A stretch of DNA of 64,000 bases from the NCBI GenBank assembly GCA_963726485.1, contig CAVSCL010000011.1, forward strand, positions 38,966 through 102,965, given 5' to 3'. Of the stretch, positions 44,096-56,052 are shown piece after piece; within the stretch, counting starts at the first letter, position 1; every line of letters begins with the position of its first letter. The DNA comes from an uncultured beta proteobacterium (GTDB lineage: Bacteria > Pseudomonadota > Gammaproteobacteria > Burkholderiales > Thiobacillaceae). Both the position numbers and the translations under genes were made by a program. Under the pieces are notes generated by a model. The model worked only from the letters and a program-made list of their open reading frames with translations, was not told the DNA's origin and made no database searches.

Positions 44096-45951
44096 CTACT
44101 CGGATAATAATTTTCGAACGCGGGTTTCGATTCCGGCGCTATCCAGCCCGCATTCGGCCAGCATTTTTGCAGGGTCGCCGTGTTCGATGAAATCGATCGG
44201 GCAAACCCAGATGGATGACCGGGACGTGGATTCCGAGTTCCGCCAGCGCCTCGGCGCAAGCCGCGCCGGCGCCGCCTGCGATCGCGTTTTCTTCCAGTGT
44301 CACCAGCAGCCGATGGCTTTGCGCCAGTTGCGCGCAGCAGATCCACGTCCAGCGGCTTCACGAAGCGCATGTCGGCCACGCTGGCGTTGAGCGTCTCGGC
44401 GGCTTCGAGGGCGGGCGCCACCAGGCTGCCGAAGGCGATCAGGGCGACGTCATGGCCGCTGGCGGCGCAGCATCGCCTTGCCGATTTCCAGGGGTGCAAG
44501 GCCCGGTTCGATCGCGGCGCCCGGCGCCGCTGCCGCGCGGGTAGCGCACGGCTGATGGGCCGTCATGCAGAAAGGCCGTGGTCAGCAGGCGGCGGCATTC
44601 GTTTTCGTCCGAAGGTGCGGCGATCAGCATATTGGGAATGCAGCGCAGATAGCTCAGATCGAAACTGCCGGCATGGGTCGGGCCATCCGCGCCGACCAGT
44701 CCGGCACGGTCGATGGCCAGCATCACCGGCAGGTTTTGCAGGGCGATATCGTGGATCAGCTGATCGTAGGCGCGCTGCAGGAAGGTCGAGTAAATCGCGA
44801 CCACCGGTTTGATACCTTCGCAAGCCAGACCGGCGGCAAAGGTCAGCGCGTGCTGTTCGGCAATGCCGACGTCGAAATAGCGCTTGGGGAAGTCCTGCGA
44901 AAAACGCACCAGCCCGGAGCCTTCGCGCATCGCCGGGGTGATGCCGACCAGACGCGTATCCGCCGCGGCCATGTCGCACAGCCAGTCGCCGAAGATTTGC
45001 GTGTAAGCGGGTTTGCCAGCGGATTTTTCGGCCGACGCCTGCCAGCCGGGTCGAAGCGGGAAACGCCGTGATACAGACAGGGATTGGCTTCGGCGGGCGC
45101 GTAGCCCTTGCCTTTCCTGGTGACGATGTGCAGGAACTGCGGGCCGCTGAGCTGCTTGATGTTGGATAGCGTATCGAGCAGCACGTCGAGATCGTGGCCG
45201 TCGATGGGGCCGATGTAGTTGAAGCCGAATTCCTCGAACAGCGTGCCGGGCAGTCACCATGCCCTTCATGTGTTCCTCGGCGCGCTTGGCGAGTTCCTTG
45301 ATCGGCGGCACGGCCGACAGCACTTTTTCGCCCGCGCGGCGCGCGGCTGCGTAGAAGCGCCCGGACATCAGCCGCGCCAGATAATTGTTGAGCGCGCCGA
45401 CGTTGGGCGAGATCGACATGTCGTTGTCGTTCAGCACCACCAGCAAGGGCAGATCGGTGGCACCGGCGTTGTTCAGCGCTTCGAACGCCATGCCGGCGGT
45501 CATCGCGCCGTCGCCGATGACCGCCACGGCACGCTGGCTCGATCCGGTCTGACGGAAAGGCCTCGGCCATGCCGAGTGCGGCGGAAATCGAGGTGCTGGA
45601 ATGGCCGGTGCCGAAGGCATCGAATTCGCTTTCGCTGCGGCGCGGGAAACCGGCGATGCCGCCACCCTGGCGCAGCCCGGCCATGGCCGCACGACGGCCG
45701 GTCAGGATTTTGTGCACGTAGGTCTGATGGCCGACGTCCCAGACGATGCGGTCGTCAGGGGTGTCGAACACGTAATGCAGCGCGATGGCGAGTTCCACCG
45801 TGCCGAGATTGGAGGCCAGATGTCCGCCGGTCTGGGCGACGGACTCGATCAGGAATTCGCGCAGCTCCGCCGCCAGTTGCGGCAGGTCGTCGGGCGCCAT
45901 GGCGCGCAAATCCATCGGCGAGCCAATGCGGTCGAGCAGTGGATAGGCCAT
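44096..45951 (-). CDS. dxs: 1-deoxy-D-xylulose-5-phosphate synthase; frameshifts
   Basis: [64 protein letters not shown]. Confidence 0.95.
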
Positions 45952-45952
45952 G

Positions 45953-46844
45953 TCAGAATGCCCGCTCGACGACAAAATCGGCCAGCTGACGCAGGCGGGT
46001 GGCGTCTGCGCCAAACCCATTCAGGGCAGTCAATGCTTCGGCGCGCAGTTCGTGCGCCAGTTCACGGGCACGCGTCGCGCCCAGCAGGCTTACATAGGTG
46101 GGTTTGTTGTTGGCCGCATCCTTGCCCGCGGTCTTGCCCAGCGTGGCGGTGGTCGCTTCGGCGTCGAGCACGTCGTCCACCACCTGAAACGCCAGGCCGA
46201 TGCACTTGGCGTAATGATCGAGCGCGGCCAGTCGCATCTTTCCAGCTGCCGCAATGCGCGCCCAGCAGCACCGAGGCGCGGATCAGCGCGCCGGTTTTGT
46301 GGATGTGCATGAATTCGAGCTCGGTCAGGTCGAGCGGTTTGCCCACGCTGGCCAGATCGATCGCCTGTCCGCCCGCCATGCCGCGCGAACCGGCAGCCTG
46401 CGCCAGCAAGCTGCACCATTTCCAGTTGACTGTGCGGCGTCGTCGGTCAGCGGCAGGTTCGACGAGGATTTCGAACGCCAGACTTTGCAGCGCGTCGCCG
46501 ACCAGCAGGGCGGTGGCCTCGTCGAATTCCACATGCACGGTGGGCTTGCCGCGACGCAAGGCGTCGTCGTCCATGGCCGGCATGTCGTCGTGCACCAGCG
46601 AATAGGCGTGGATCAGCTCGACCGCAGCGGCCGCATGTTGCACACACTCCGACGTCGGCTCCGGTGACTTCACCCGCCGCAAAGACCAGCAGCGGGCGCA
46701 CCCGCTTGCCGCCGCCCAGCACGGCATAGCGCATCGCCTCGTGCAGATCGCTGCGGTGCAATGTCGGGCAGGTGGCAGCAGTGCGGCCAGCACGCTTTCG
46801 ATGCGCGACTGGCAGGCCTGTGTCCAGGCGGTGAAATCAGTCAT
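45953..46844 (-). CDS. ispA: Farnesyl diphosphate synthase; frameshifts
   Basis: [53 protein letters not shown]. Confidence 0.93.
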
Positions 46845-47083
46845 CGCTGCCTTCAGATCTTGAATGGTTTCAACAATGCCGTTTTCCAGAATCTTCACCT
46901 GTTGTTCGACATCGGCCAGTTGCTGGCGGCAAAACTGCAGCAACTGCGGCGCCGCGTTTGTAGGCGGCCAGCGAGGCTTCCAGCGGCAACTGGCCGGATC
47001 TCCATTTCGTCCACAATGGCTTCCAGTTCGGCCAGTGCAGACTCGTAATCTTTGGGTGGAGCGGCGGCGCGGGATTTGGCCAT
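46841..47083 (-). CDS. xseB: Exodeoxyribonuclease VII small subunit; frameshifts
   Basis: YESALAELEAIV..GQLPLEASLAAYKRG..LLQFC..EQQVKIL; upstream of ispA. Confidence 0.88.
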
Positions 47084-47312
47084 GGAAATACGAACCCGGC
47101 AGAGGCAAAGGCCATTACTTTAACAAATTCAGGCAGCGACACCGCTCAATTGCGAGCGTGCTAACATTCCCGATATGCCTGTGATAGAAATCAGCCGTAC
47201 CGCTTCCTCGGGGAGGTCTGTGTTGCCAAGCGTATTCATCCGTAAATCCGGTGGCCTATCATCTTCCAGCCCACTGCCGGAGGGGTCTTGGTTTTGAGTA
47301 GGGTCCGCCCTC

Positions 47313-48435
47313 ATGAGCGATCTCGCCGAATCCAGCGCCTTGTCGCTAAGCTCGCCTCAGTTGCCAGTTTCCTGGTACTTCGATCCAGCCATTTATGACC
47401 TGGAGCTGAAACATCTGTTCAAGTACGGCCCGGGCTATGCGGGCCATCAGTTGATGGTGCCCGGAAGCGGGCGACTATCATGCGCTGGAAGTGTTCGACG
47501 GCGCAAGAATGCTGGTGAACAGCGGATCCGGAGCATCGAGACTGCTGTCCAACGTCTGCCGTCACCGCCAGGCCATGATGCTGCAGCGGGCGCGGCAAGC
47601 TGCCAGTCAACAGCAATATCGTCTGCCCGATCCATCGCTGGACCTACGACAGCCAGCGGCACGCTGCTGGGTGCACCGGAGTTTCCCGGCAATCCCTGCC
47701 TGAATCTGAACCGCACCGGCCTGCAAACCTGGCAGGGACTGCTGTTCGCCGGCGAGTCGCGATGTGAACGCCGATCTGGCCGGCATGCAGGCTGCGCGCG
47801 AGCTGGATTTTTCCGGCTTCATGCTCGATCGGGTGGAGGTCACGCACTACGCCTGCAACTGGAAGACCTTCATCGAGGTGTATCTGGAGGATTACCACGT
47901 CGCGCCCGCGTCATCCCGGTCTCGGGCATTTCGTCACCTGCGACGATCTGAAATGGGAATACGGCGACTGGTGGTCGGTGCAGACGGTGGGCGTGAACCG
48001 TGGACTGACCAAGGCCGGGTCGCCGGTGTACGGGAAATGGCAGGAGCAGCTGCTGGCCTACCGCAGGGCCATGTGCCCGCGCATGGCTCGATCTGGCTGA
48101 CCTATTACCCGGGTCTCATGGTCGAGTGGTATCCGCATGTGCTGGTGGTGTCGTCCATCGTTCCCACCGCCATCGAATCGTGCATGAACGTGGTCGAGTT
48201 CTATTACCCGGAAGACATCATGCTGTTCGAGCGTGCCTTCATCGAGGCCGAACAGGCGGCCTACCACGAAACCGCGCTGGAGGACGAGGATATCTGCCTG
48301 CGCATGCACGAAGGCCGACGCGCACTGTACAAGCAGGGCATCTCGGAAACCGGGCCGTATCAGTCGCCCCTGGAAGACGGCATGATGCATTTCCATGCAT
48401 TCCTGCGGCGCGAAATCGAACCGCATCTCAAGTAA
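47313..48435 (+). CDS. Rieske aromatic ring-hydroxylating oxygenase alpha-subunit-like protein; frameshifts
   Basis: LPVSWYFD, NVCRHRQA, CPIHRWTY across frames, NWKTFIEVYLEDYHV, EDGMMHFH. Confidence 0.88.
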
Positions 48436-48481
48436 GTTTCTTCTTGCGCAGGCTGCGTTATCGCCCTCCCGGCGGGCCGGC

Positions 48482-49345
48482 ATGAAATCAGGCTGGATGC
48501 TGGTGGCCGCCACGCTGTTTGCGTTGATGGGGGTGCTGGTGAAGCAGGCGTCACCCCGCTTTTCCAGCGCGGAACTGGTGTTCTACCGTTCGGCGTTCGG
48601 TCTTGTCGCCATCTGGCTGGTGATCGTGGCCCGCAACCGGCAGGTATGGGCGCCGCTTGCCACACCGCACCTGTCGGCCCATTTCTGGCGCGGCCTGTCA
48701 GGTTTCTCCGCGCTGGTGCTGTTCTTCTACGCCATCGGGCGTTTGCCTCTGGCGACGGCGGTCACGCTCAATTACACCGCGCCGCTGTTTCTGGCCGTGC
48801 TGTCGGTCGTGTGGCTGCGTGAACGGCATGGGCGCGGCCTGGTGCTGGCGGTGCTGCTCGGGTTTGTCGGCATCGTGCTGCTGCTGCGTCCACAGGTGCA
48901 GAATCAGGCGTGGCTGCCGGCGGCGGCCGGACTGGCCTCGGGCATGCTGGCAGCCGTCGCCTATGTCAACGTCAAGCAGTTGGGGCGGCTGGGCGAACCC
49001 GAATGGCGCGTGGTGTTTTATTTCACCCTGCTCGCCACGCTGGGCGGCGGCGCCTGGATGGCCGTGGCCGGATTTCACCGGCCGCGGGCTGGCGACTGGC
49101 TTGGCCTTGCCGGCATCGGCATCACCGCCACCCTGGCGCAACTGGCTTTGACCCGGGCCTATCATCGCGGCCGCACGCTCACGGTAGGCGCGCTTGCCTA
49201 TACCACCGTGGCGTTTTCCGCTGTCTATGGCATGCTGCTGTTCGACGAGCATTTGCCGCCGATAGCCTGGATCGGCATGGCGCTGGTCGTGCTGGCCGGT
49301 ATTATCGCGGTACGCACTGCTTCGCCGGCGGCGGATTCGTTATAG
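48482..49345 (+). CDS. DMT/EamA family transporter
   Basis: About 10 TM helices, ELVFYRS, LPLATAVTLNYTAPLF. Confidence 0.9.
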   Translation: MKSGWMLVAATLFALMGVLVKQASPRFSSAELVFYRSAFGLVAIWLVIVARNRQVWAPLATPHLSAHFWRGLSGFSALVLFFYAIGRLPLATAVTLNYTAPLFLAVLSVVWLRERHGRGLVLAVLLGFVGIVLLLRPQVQNQAWLPAAAGLASGMLAAVAYVNVKQLGRLGEPEWRVVFYFTLLATLGGGAWMAVAGFHRPRAGDWLGLAGIGITATLAQLALTRAYHRGRTLTVGALAYTTVAFSAVYGMLLFDEHLPPIAWIGMALVVLAGIIAVRTASPAADSL

Positions 49346-49376
49346 TTGAACCTGTTAGGGTAGAGAAGGGATTGCA

Positions 49377-49745
49377 ATGATCAGTCTAAGCGCCAAAGAC
49401 AATCGGGTGGAAGTGACCGTGATGGGACAGTTTACCCGCGCGGATTATCAGGAATTCGAGGAAGCCGTGAGCCATGGCATCCAGTTTCAGGGCAAGGTCA
49501 ACCTGCTGTTCGACCTGCGCGACATGTTGTCCTACAGCCTCGATGTGGCCTGGGAGGAACTCAAATTTTCGCGCGAACACAAGAACGATTTCGGGCGAAT
49601 TGCGCTGCTGACCGGCGATCAATGGGTGGCCTGGAGCCTATGGGTGAATCGCATGTTCATGTCCGCCGATATCCGCCTGTTCGACGATCTCGAGATGGCG
49701 GAATCCTGGGTAAGCGTGATGGATATGCCGACTTCCGCTGCATGA
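49377..49745 (+). CDS. STAS/SEC14 (SpoIIAA-like) domain protein
   Basis: GQFTRADY..LLFDL..AWEELKF..RIALL..W..IRLF..AESW pattern. Confidence 0.8.
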   Translation: MISLSAKDNRVEVTVMGQFTRADYQEFEEAVSHGIQFQGKVNLLFDLRDMLSYSLDVAWEELKFSREHKNDFGRIALLTGDQWVAWSLWVNRMFMSADIRLFDDLEMAESWVSVMDMPTSAA

Positions 49746-49844
49746 ATGCATTGGCCATTTTGGCAATGCATCATCAAGTCAGTGCATTGGCCATTTTGGC
49801 AAGGCATCATCAAATCACTGCATTGGCCATTTTCGACAATGCAA
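49746..49844. repeat. Tandem triplet of the family A palindrome (36-bp period)
   Basis: Units at 49746, 49782 and 49818, TGCATTGGCCATTTT..CAA(T/G)GCA, separated by CATCAA(G/A)TCA; between convergent genes. Confidence 0.85.
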
Positions 49845-49861
49845 AAGTCAAAAAACCGGGG

Positions 49862-50458
49862 TCAACCGCGGGCCAGCTCAGCCTGAATCGCGGCAAAGCT
49901 CTGCGCCACTTCGCTGGTGACGACATCAACGCCCAGTTGCTTGGATAACTGGGACAGGGACAACAAGCCCCGCACCATGGGGCGGCCTTCCACCGTTTCC
50001 ATCACCAGGGCATGCTGGCGGCCGCTGGCTTTCAGCGTGGCCAGCACATGACCCGCTTTCGCGCTCTTGACGTCATCCAGACTGACTGCCTCCAGTTGCG
50101 CCACCGGGGTCATGATGTCGGCCACCAGAACCTCATCCCTGCGTATGCCCCGGCTCTGCACCACCTGCATGGGCTTTTCCCCGTAAATGTCGGTGCTGGT
50201 GATAATCCCGGCCACCCGGTCCTGCTCGTCCATTACGAACAGCAGCCGGATCTTGCGGCGGAGCATGCGTTCTTCCGCCTGCTTGACGGTATCGCCCGGC
50301 GTGGCGATGAACGCGGTCAGGCGGCTAAAATCGGTCATCACGTCCAGCGCGGGATTGTCGAGCGTGACCCGGTCAGGGAGCACGCAGGCAGGACGCAGCA
50401 GTCCCGCGGACAGGTCCAGATGCTGCACGGACAGACGGCTATAGCTTGCAGTATTCAT
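49862..50458 (-). CDS. CBS domain protein
   Basis: PALDVMTD, IRLLFVMD..GIIT, VADIMTP, RQHALV. Confidence 0.85.
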   Translation of the reverse strand: MNTASYSRLSVQHLDLSAGLLRPACVLPDRVTLDNPALDVMTDFSRLTAFIATPGDTVKQAEERMLRRKIRLLFVMDEQDRVAGIITSTDIYGEKPMQVVQSRGIRRDEVLVADIMTPVAQLEAVSLDDVKSAKAGHVLATLKASGRQHALVMETVEGRPMVRGLLSLSQLSKQLGVDVVTSEVAQSFAAIQAELARG

Positions 50459-50559
50459 GGTGATCCTCCGGCTATCGACACGACGGGAAATTGTCATCGG
50501 CCATACTCGCGCCGTTTACCGAGCTTGTCCACTCAAGAAAATTTGGTTTCGCATAAAGC

Positions 50560-51339
50560 TTATTTTGAGCGGGCCGGGGCTGACCCGGAAGGTAGTCTGA
50601 ATATTTCCCGATTGTCGTAGTACTCGACCCGGGCATTGGCCGCATCCCAACCGGGTATGCCCTGCACCGGCAGCGCGGGAAGCTGGCGCGGGCTTTCGAT
50701 ACCTGCGAGGGCGGCGGTGGCGTGTTCGTCGGCGTGTTGCGGGTCGAGACTGTCCGGCTGGAAACTCTCAGACCCGAGCAGCAGGCATTTGCCGGTCATG
50801 GCCGGGAAAGGGCTGAGCGCCTTCTCCAGCAGGGCGTGGCCGACGACGACGAAGTGCATGCGGGCCATCACCTGATCGCGTTTTCGCCAGAACAGTTCAT
50901 GCCATCGGAGTTGCGCGAGCAGCACGGGTAGCGCCGGATCCCGGGACATGACCAGGACGCCGCTTTCGTCGAGCACGGTCAGCGCATCGCGGCGGCGGCC
51001 GCGCAGACTGCCGGTTTCAAACGCCATGGCGTCCGTGTGGGCGGCATTGAGCGCGGCCTTGAAGTGCGGAAAGCGCAGCCACACCAGCGCATTCATCAGG
51101 TCGTGCCAGTTGTCCGGACGGGTCGGAATGCCGCCGGTTTGCAGGATATGAGATTCGTAGTCGCGCGCGGACAGGCGACCATCGGGTGCGATGAAACGAA
51201 GCGGCAACTTGCGGGCGTTGACGATACCGAGTTGGCTTGCCAGTGCGGTGAGGTTTTTCCGGTCCGGAAAGCAATGATCCGGCGCCAGGACCTCGATCAG
51301 CGTCCGGTACGGTTCAAACGCGGGATGCCGGAATTTCAT
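50560..51339 (-). CDS. DUF3025-like protein
   Basis: YESHI..GGIPTRPDNWHDLMNALVW..FP..K..LN, RDALTVLDESG, GHALLEK, LPVQGIPGW. Confidence 0.85.
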   Translation of the reverse strand: MKFRHPAFEPYRTLIEVLAPDHCFPDRKNLTALASQLGIVNARKLPLRFIAPDGRLSARDYESHILQTGGIPTRPDNWHDLMNALVWLRFPHFKAALNAAHTDAMAFETGSLRGRRRDALTVLDESGVLVMSRDPALPVLLAQLRWHELFWRKRDQVMARMHFVVVGHALLEKALSPFPAMTGKCLLLGSESFQPDSLDPQHADEHATAALAGIESPRQLPALPVQGIPGWDAANARVEYYDNREIFRLPSGSAPARSK

Positions 51340-51415
51340 TTGACTGGACCCAGGATCTTTCGCGGGCTTCAAAGCAGCAGGGCGGAAAAGCTTGGCTTGG
51401 CTGCGGCTTCCAGGT

Positions 51416-53593
<2,178 letters not shown>

Positions 53594-53603
53594 GGAGTGC
53601 CTA

Positions 53604-53664
53604 TCCGCGAAGTCGCGCAAAAAACCCGAAGAATTTCTTGGCGTTTCTTCGCGTCCTTCGCGGA
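53604..53664. repeat. Imperfect intergenic inverted repeat (CGCGAAG type)
   Basis: TCCGCGAAGTCGCGCAAA...TTCTTCGCGTCCTTCGCGGA. Confidence 0.55.
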
Positions 53665-53672
53665 CGAAAGGT

Positions 53673-54011
53673 TCAGCGTACCGCCAGCAATTCCACGTCA
53701 AACACCAGAGTCGCGTTCGGCGGAATCACGCCACCCGCTCCGTGTGCGCCGTAGCCGAGCCTGGGCGGAATGGTGAGTTTGCGTTTGCCGCCGATTTGCA
53801 TCCCGGCTACGCCCTGATCCCAGCCGGCAATCACCTGGCCCATGCCGAGGCGAAATTCAAACGGCTCGTTGCGGTCGACGCTGGAATCGAATTTGGTGCC
53901 GTCGCTGAGCCAGCCGGTGTAATGCACGGATACAAACTGGCCTGCACGGGCGGTATCGCCATTGCCGGGGGAGAGGTCTTCGATGAGTAGAGAGTCAGTC
54001 ATGGTTAGCAC
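53673..54011 (-). CDS. FKBP-type peptidyl-prolyl isomerase
   Basis: [38 protein letters not shown]. Confidence 0.95.
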   Translation of the reverse strand: MLTMTDSLLIEDLSPGNGDTARAGQFVSVHYTGWLSDGTKFDSSVDRNEPFEFRLGMGQVIAGWDQGVAGMQIGGKRKLTIPPRLGYGAHGAGGVIPPNATLVFDVELLAVR

Positions 54012-54056
54012 CGAATGAATAGAGGCGCGTATTTTACCCGTTAACGCAGCCTTCCA

Positions 54057-54164
54057 GATGCCTCTTACCTCGAACTGGCCTTAAGATTGGGCATGCCGCT
54101 GGCCACACTCGACGCAGATTTGCGGAAGGCCGCAAAGAAGGCGGGCGTGAAAAGATTTGCTTGA
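54057..54164 (+). pseudogene. C-terminal fragment of a PIN-domain VapC toxin (truncated third integron cassette)
   Basis: [35 protein letters not shown]; no start; antisense to the array. Confidence 0.75.
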
Positions 54165-54200
54165 AACCCCAAACGGGATCCATCGCTATCTGAGAATGGG

Positions 54201-54229
54201 GTCTAACGTGATGGAGCGACGTGTTGGGC
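54201..54229 (-). mobile_element. Collapsed attC site (29 nt)
   Basis: On the - strand GCCCAAC-ACGTCGCTCCATCAC-GTTAGAC: RYYYAAC and GTTRRRY boxes only 15 nt apart. Confidence 0.65.
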
Positions 54230-55075
54230 GCCATTTGCATTCCGTCTCTCCAGAATTACCAGCGCGATTCCACCGAGTATGGCTACGGACGCCAATACCA
54301 AGCGCAGGGTTACGGACTCACCGAGGAAAGCGATACCACCCAAGGCCGCAATGACCGGAACGCTGAGTTGCACTGTCGCGGCGTGGGTTGCTTTCAACGC
54401 AGGTAATACCGTGTACCAAATGGCGTACCCTATTCCGGAAGCCAGCGCGCCCGACGAAACCGCGTACCACAATCCAGCGCTATCCAGAGAAACGCCGTCA
54501 TGCATGAGTATGCTCAATCCTGCCGCGATAGGAACAGCGCGCAGGAAATTCCCCGCCGTTACCCTGGTGGGATCGCCCGCACCCTTTCCGCGCAAAGAAT
54601 AGACGCCCCAGGCAACCCCGGCACTCAACATCAACAGGGAACCGAGCAGGGGCGGCGCAGAAAGACCTGGCGACAACAGACCAACCAGTCCTCCGAGGGC
54701 AAGCGCGAAACCGGCGAGCTGCAGCCTCAGGAAGCGCTCTCCCGCCCAAATGCCATGGCCGATCATCGTCGCCTGGACAGCGCCAAAGAGCAGCAGCGCA
54801 CCCGTTGAGGCCGGCAGGCTCACGTACGCAAAAGAAAAGCCAGCCGCATAAACAAACAACGCGAGTGCCGATAGCCAGTTGCCCCTGCCGGTATGTGCGC
54901 CGTGACTCATTCGCGCGACCAACCAAAGCATTATCGCTCCGGAGGTCAGTCGGATGGTGGTGAAGCTCGCTGCGTCAATGCTGGTGTGTTTTAGAGCCAC
55001 ACGACACAGCAGCGAATTGCATGCAAATGCAATCATGGCCAGCGACGTCAGGGCAATTACGCGTGCGTACGACAT
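54203..55075 (-). CDS. DMT/EamA transporter (integron cassette 2)
   Basis: AFACNSLLCR, FSFAYV, AWGVYSLRG, VQLSVPV; flanked by attC cores. Confidence 0.9.
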   Translation of the reverse strand: MSYARVIALTSLAMIAFACNSLLCRVALKHTSIDAASFTTIRLTSGAIMLWLVARMSHGAHTGRGNWLSALALFVYAAGFSFAYVSLPASTGALLLFGAVQATMIGHGIWAGERFLRLQLAGFALALGGLVGLLSPGLSAPPLLGSLLMLSAGVAWGVYSLRGKGAGDPTRVTAGNFLRAVPIAAGLSILMHDGVSLDSAGLWYAVSSGALASGIGYAIWYTVLPALKATHAATVQLSVPVIAALGGIAFLGESVTLRLVLASVAILGGIALVILERRNANGAQHVAPSR

Positions 55076-55103
55076 CTCACTCCCTCAGGCAGCACCCTGG
55101 GGC

Positions 55104-55190
55104 GTCCAACGTAGAGGTGACCGACGCTGCGCGGCTTCATCGCGCAGCGTCCAGCGACCGAAGGGAGCGAGGTCGACCGCCATGTTAGAG
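55104..55190 (-). mobile_element. attC recombination site (87 nt)
   Basis: On the - strand CTCTAAC...internal palindrome GACGCTGCGCG/CGCGCAGCGTC...GTTGGAC; stop codon of the upstream cassette gene lies in the inverse core. Confidence 0.88.
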
Positions 55191-55735
55191 CCCATGAAGG
55201 ACGATCTCGGTACGGAAGAGACGGGTACGCACTGAACCAAAGGCAATGGCCTCAAGACGACGAGACGCCTCTACTTCAGCGGCGAGTAAGTCAGCAAAAA
55301 AGTCAGTCAGTTTCTTACCTTTAAGCCCTTCCACGCATGCACAGAAGTCCAGGGATTCGTTGTGCGTAAATCGCCGACCAGGAACAGTGGCGATAGCTGA
55401 AGCCACGATACCGTAGCGAAGATATGGGTAGACCTGTTTGTGTTTGGTCGCCTTTGCGCTGTAAGTAAGGACGTCGTGCGTAGAGATGTTCGTTTTGAAT
55501 TCCATTACCACGCGGGGGATGGAAACGTCCTCGCTCTTTTGCTCGAACACGCAGAGATCGGTTTGAAATGCCGAGTTGCCACGAACGGGGCGTTTCACGT
55601 TCACAGTTTGCGAGAGTTGATTATCAACTGTGACTTGATACAACAAGGCTGCGCCACGCTTAACAAGCAAGGGCGGAGGAAGAATTGCTTCCGCAACTTC
55701 TTTGCAACTTCGACAAATTCGCTTTCGGCAGCCAT
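55185..55735 (-). CDS. Hypothetical protein with PD-(D/E)xK-like nuclease motif (integron cassette 1); -1 frameshift near 55700
   Basis: MAAESEFVEVAK at 55735 joins ...AFQTDLCVF..PRVVMEFK..; cassette bounded by complementary GTTAGAGCCCA and TGGGCTCTAAC. Confidence 0.7.
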
Positions 55736-55745
55736 AGGGTGTGGG

Positions 55746-55790
55746 CTCTAACGTTAATTCAACTGCAAAATTGCCATGTAACCCAAACGG
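55746..55790 (-). mobile_element. Putative attI site
   Basis: On the - strand GTTGAAT-TAAC-GTTAGAG, between the first cassette and the divergent intI start; no attC palindrome. Confidence 0.55.
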
Positions 55791-55856
55791 CCTTGCAATC
55801 TAATGGGGTCTCGACCATGCTAACTTCCTGATTAAGCAGTTGATCAAAAAACAAAC

Positions 55857-56003
55857 ATGGCGTCTCCGTCTGGCAAAGACGACACTTCCGCGAAACCCCG
55901 TTTGATGGACAAGGTGCGCAGTCGCATCCGAACCTGGCATTACAGCTAGCGCGCGGATCAAGCTTATACCCACTGGATTAAACCGTATATCTTCTTCCAC
56001 GGC
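55857..56003 (+). pseudogene. intI: Integron integrase N-terminal fragment (in-frame stop, truncated)
   Basis: PRLMDKVRSRIRTWHYS*RADQAYTHWIKPYIFFHG matches the IntI N-terminus; divergent from the cassette array. Confidence 0.85.
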
Positions 56004-56052
56004 CGCGTCCGCCAAATTCTACGATGCATCATTTGAGCGCCGCCGGACCGGC

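Noticed and set aside
37683-46844. Pseudogenisation of the aprAB, sat, folE2, dxs and ispA pathways
   Set aside because: Only single-base indels with fully conserved motifs; essential genes such as thrS and rpmI are also hit, so sequencing error is more likely
49746-49844. Possible mini-CRISPR array
   Set aside because: Spacers are only 10 nt and nearly identical, no cas genes are present, and the same unit occurs singly elsewhere
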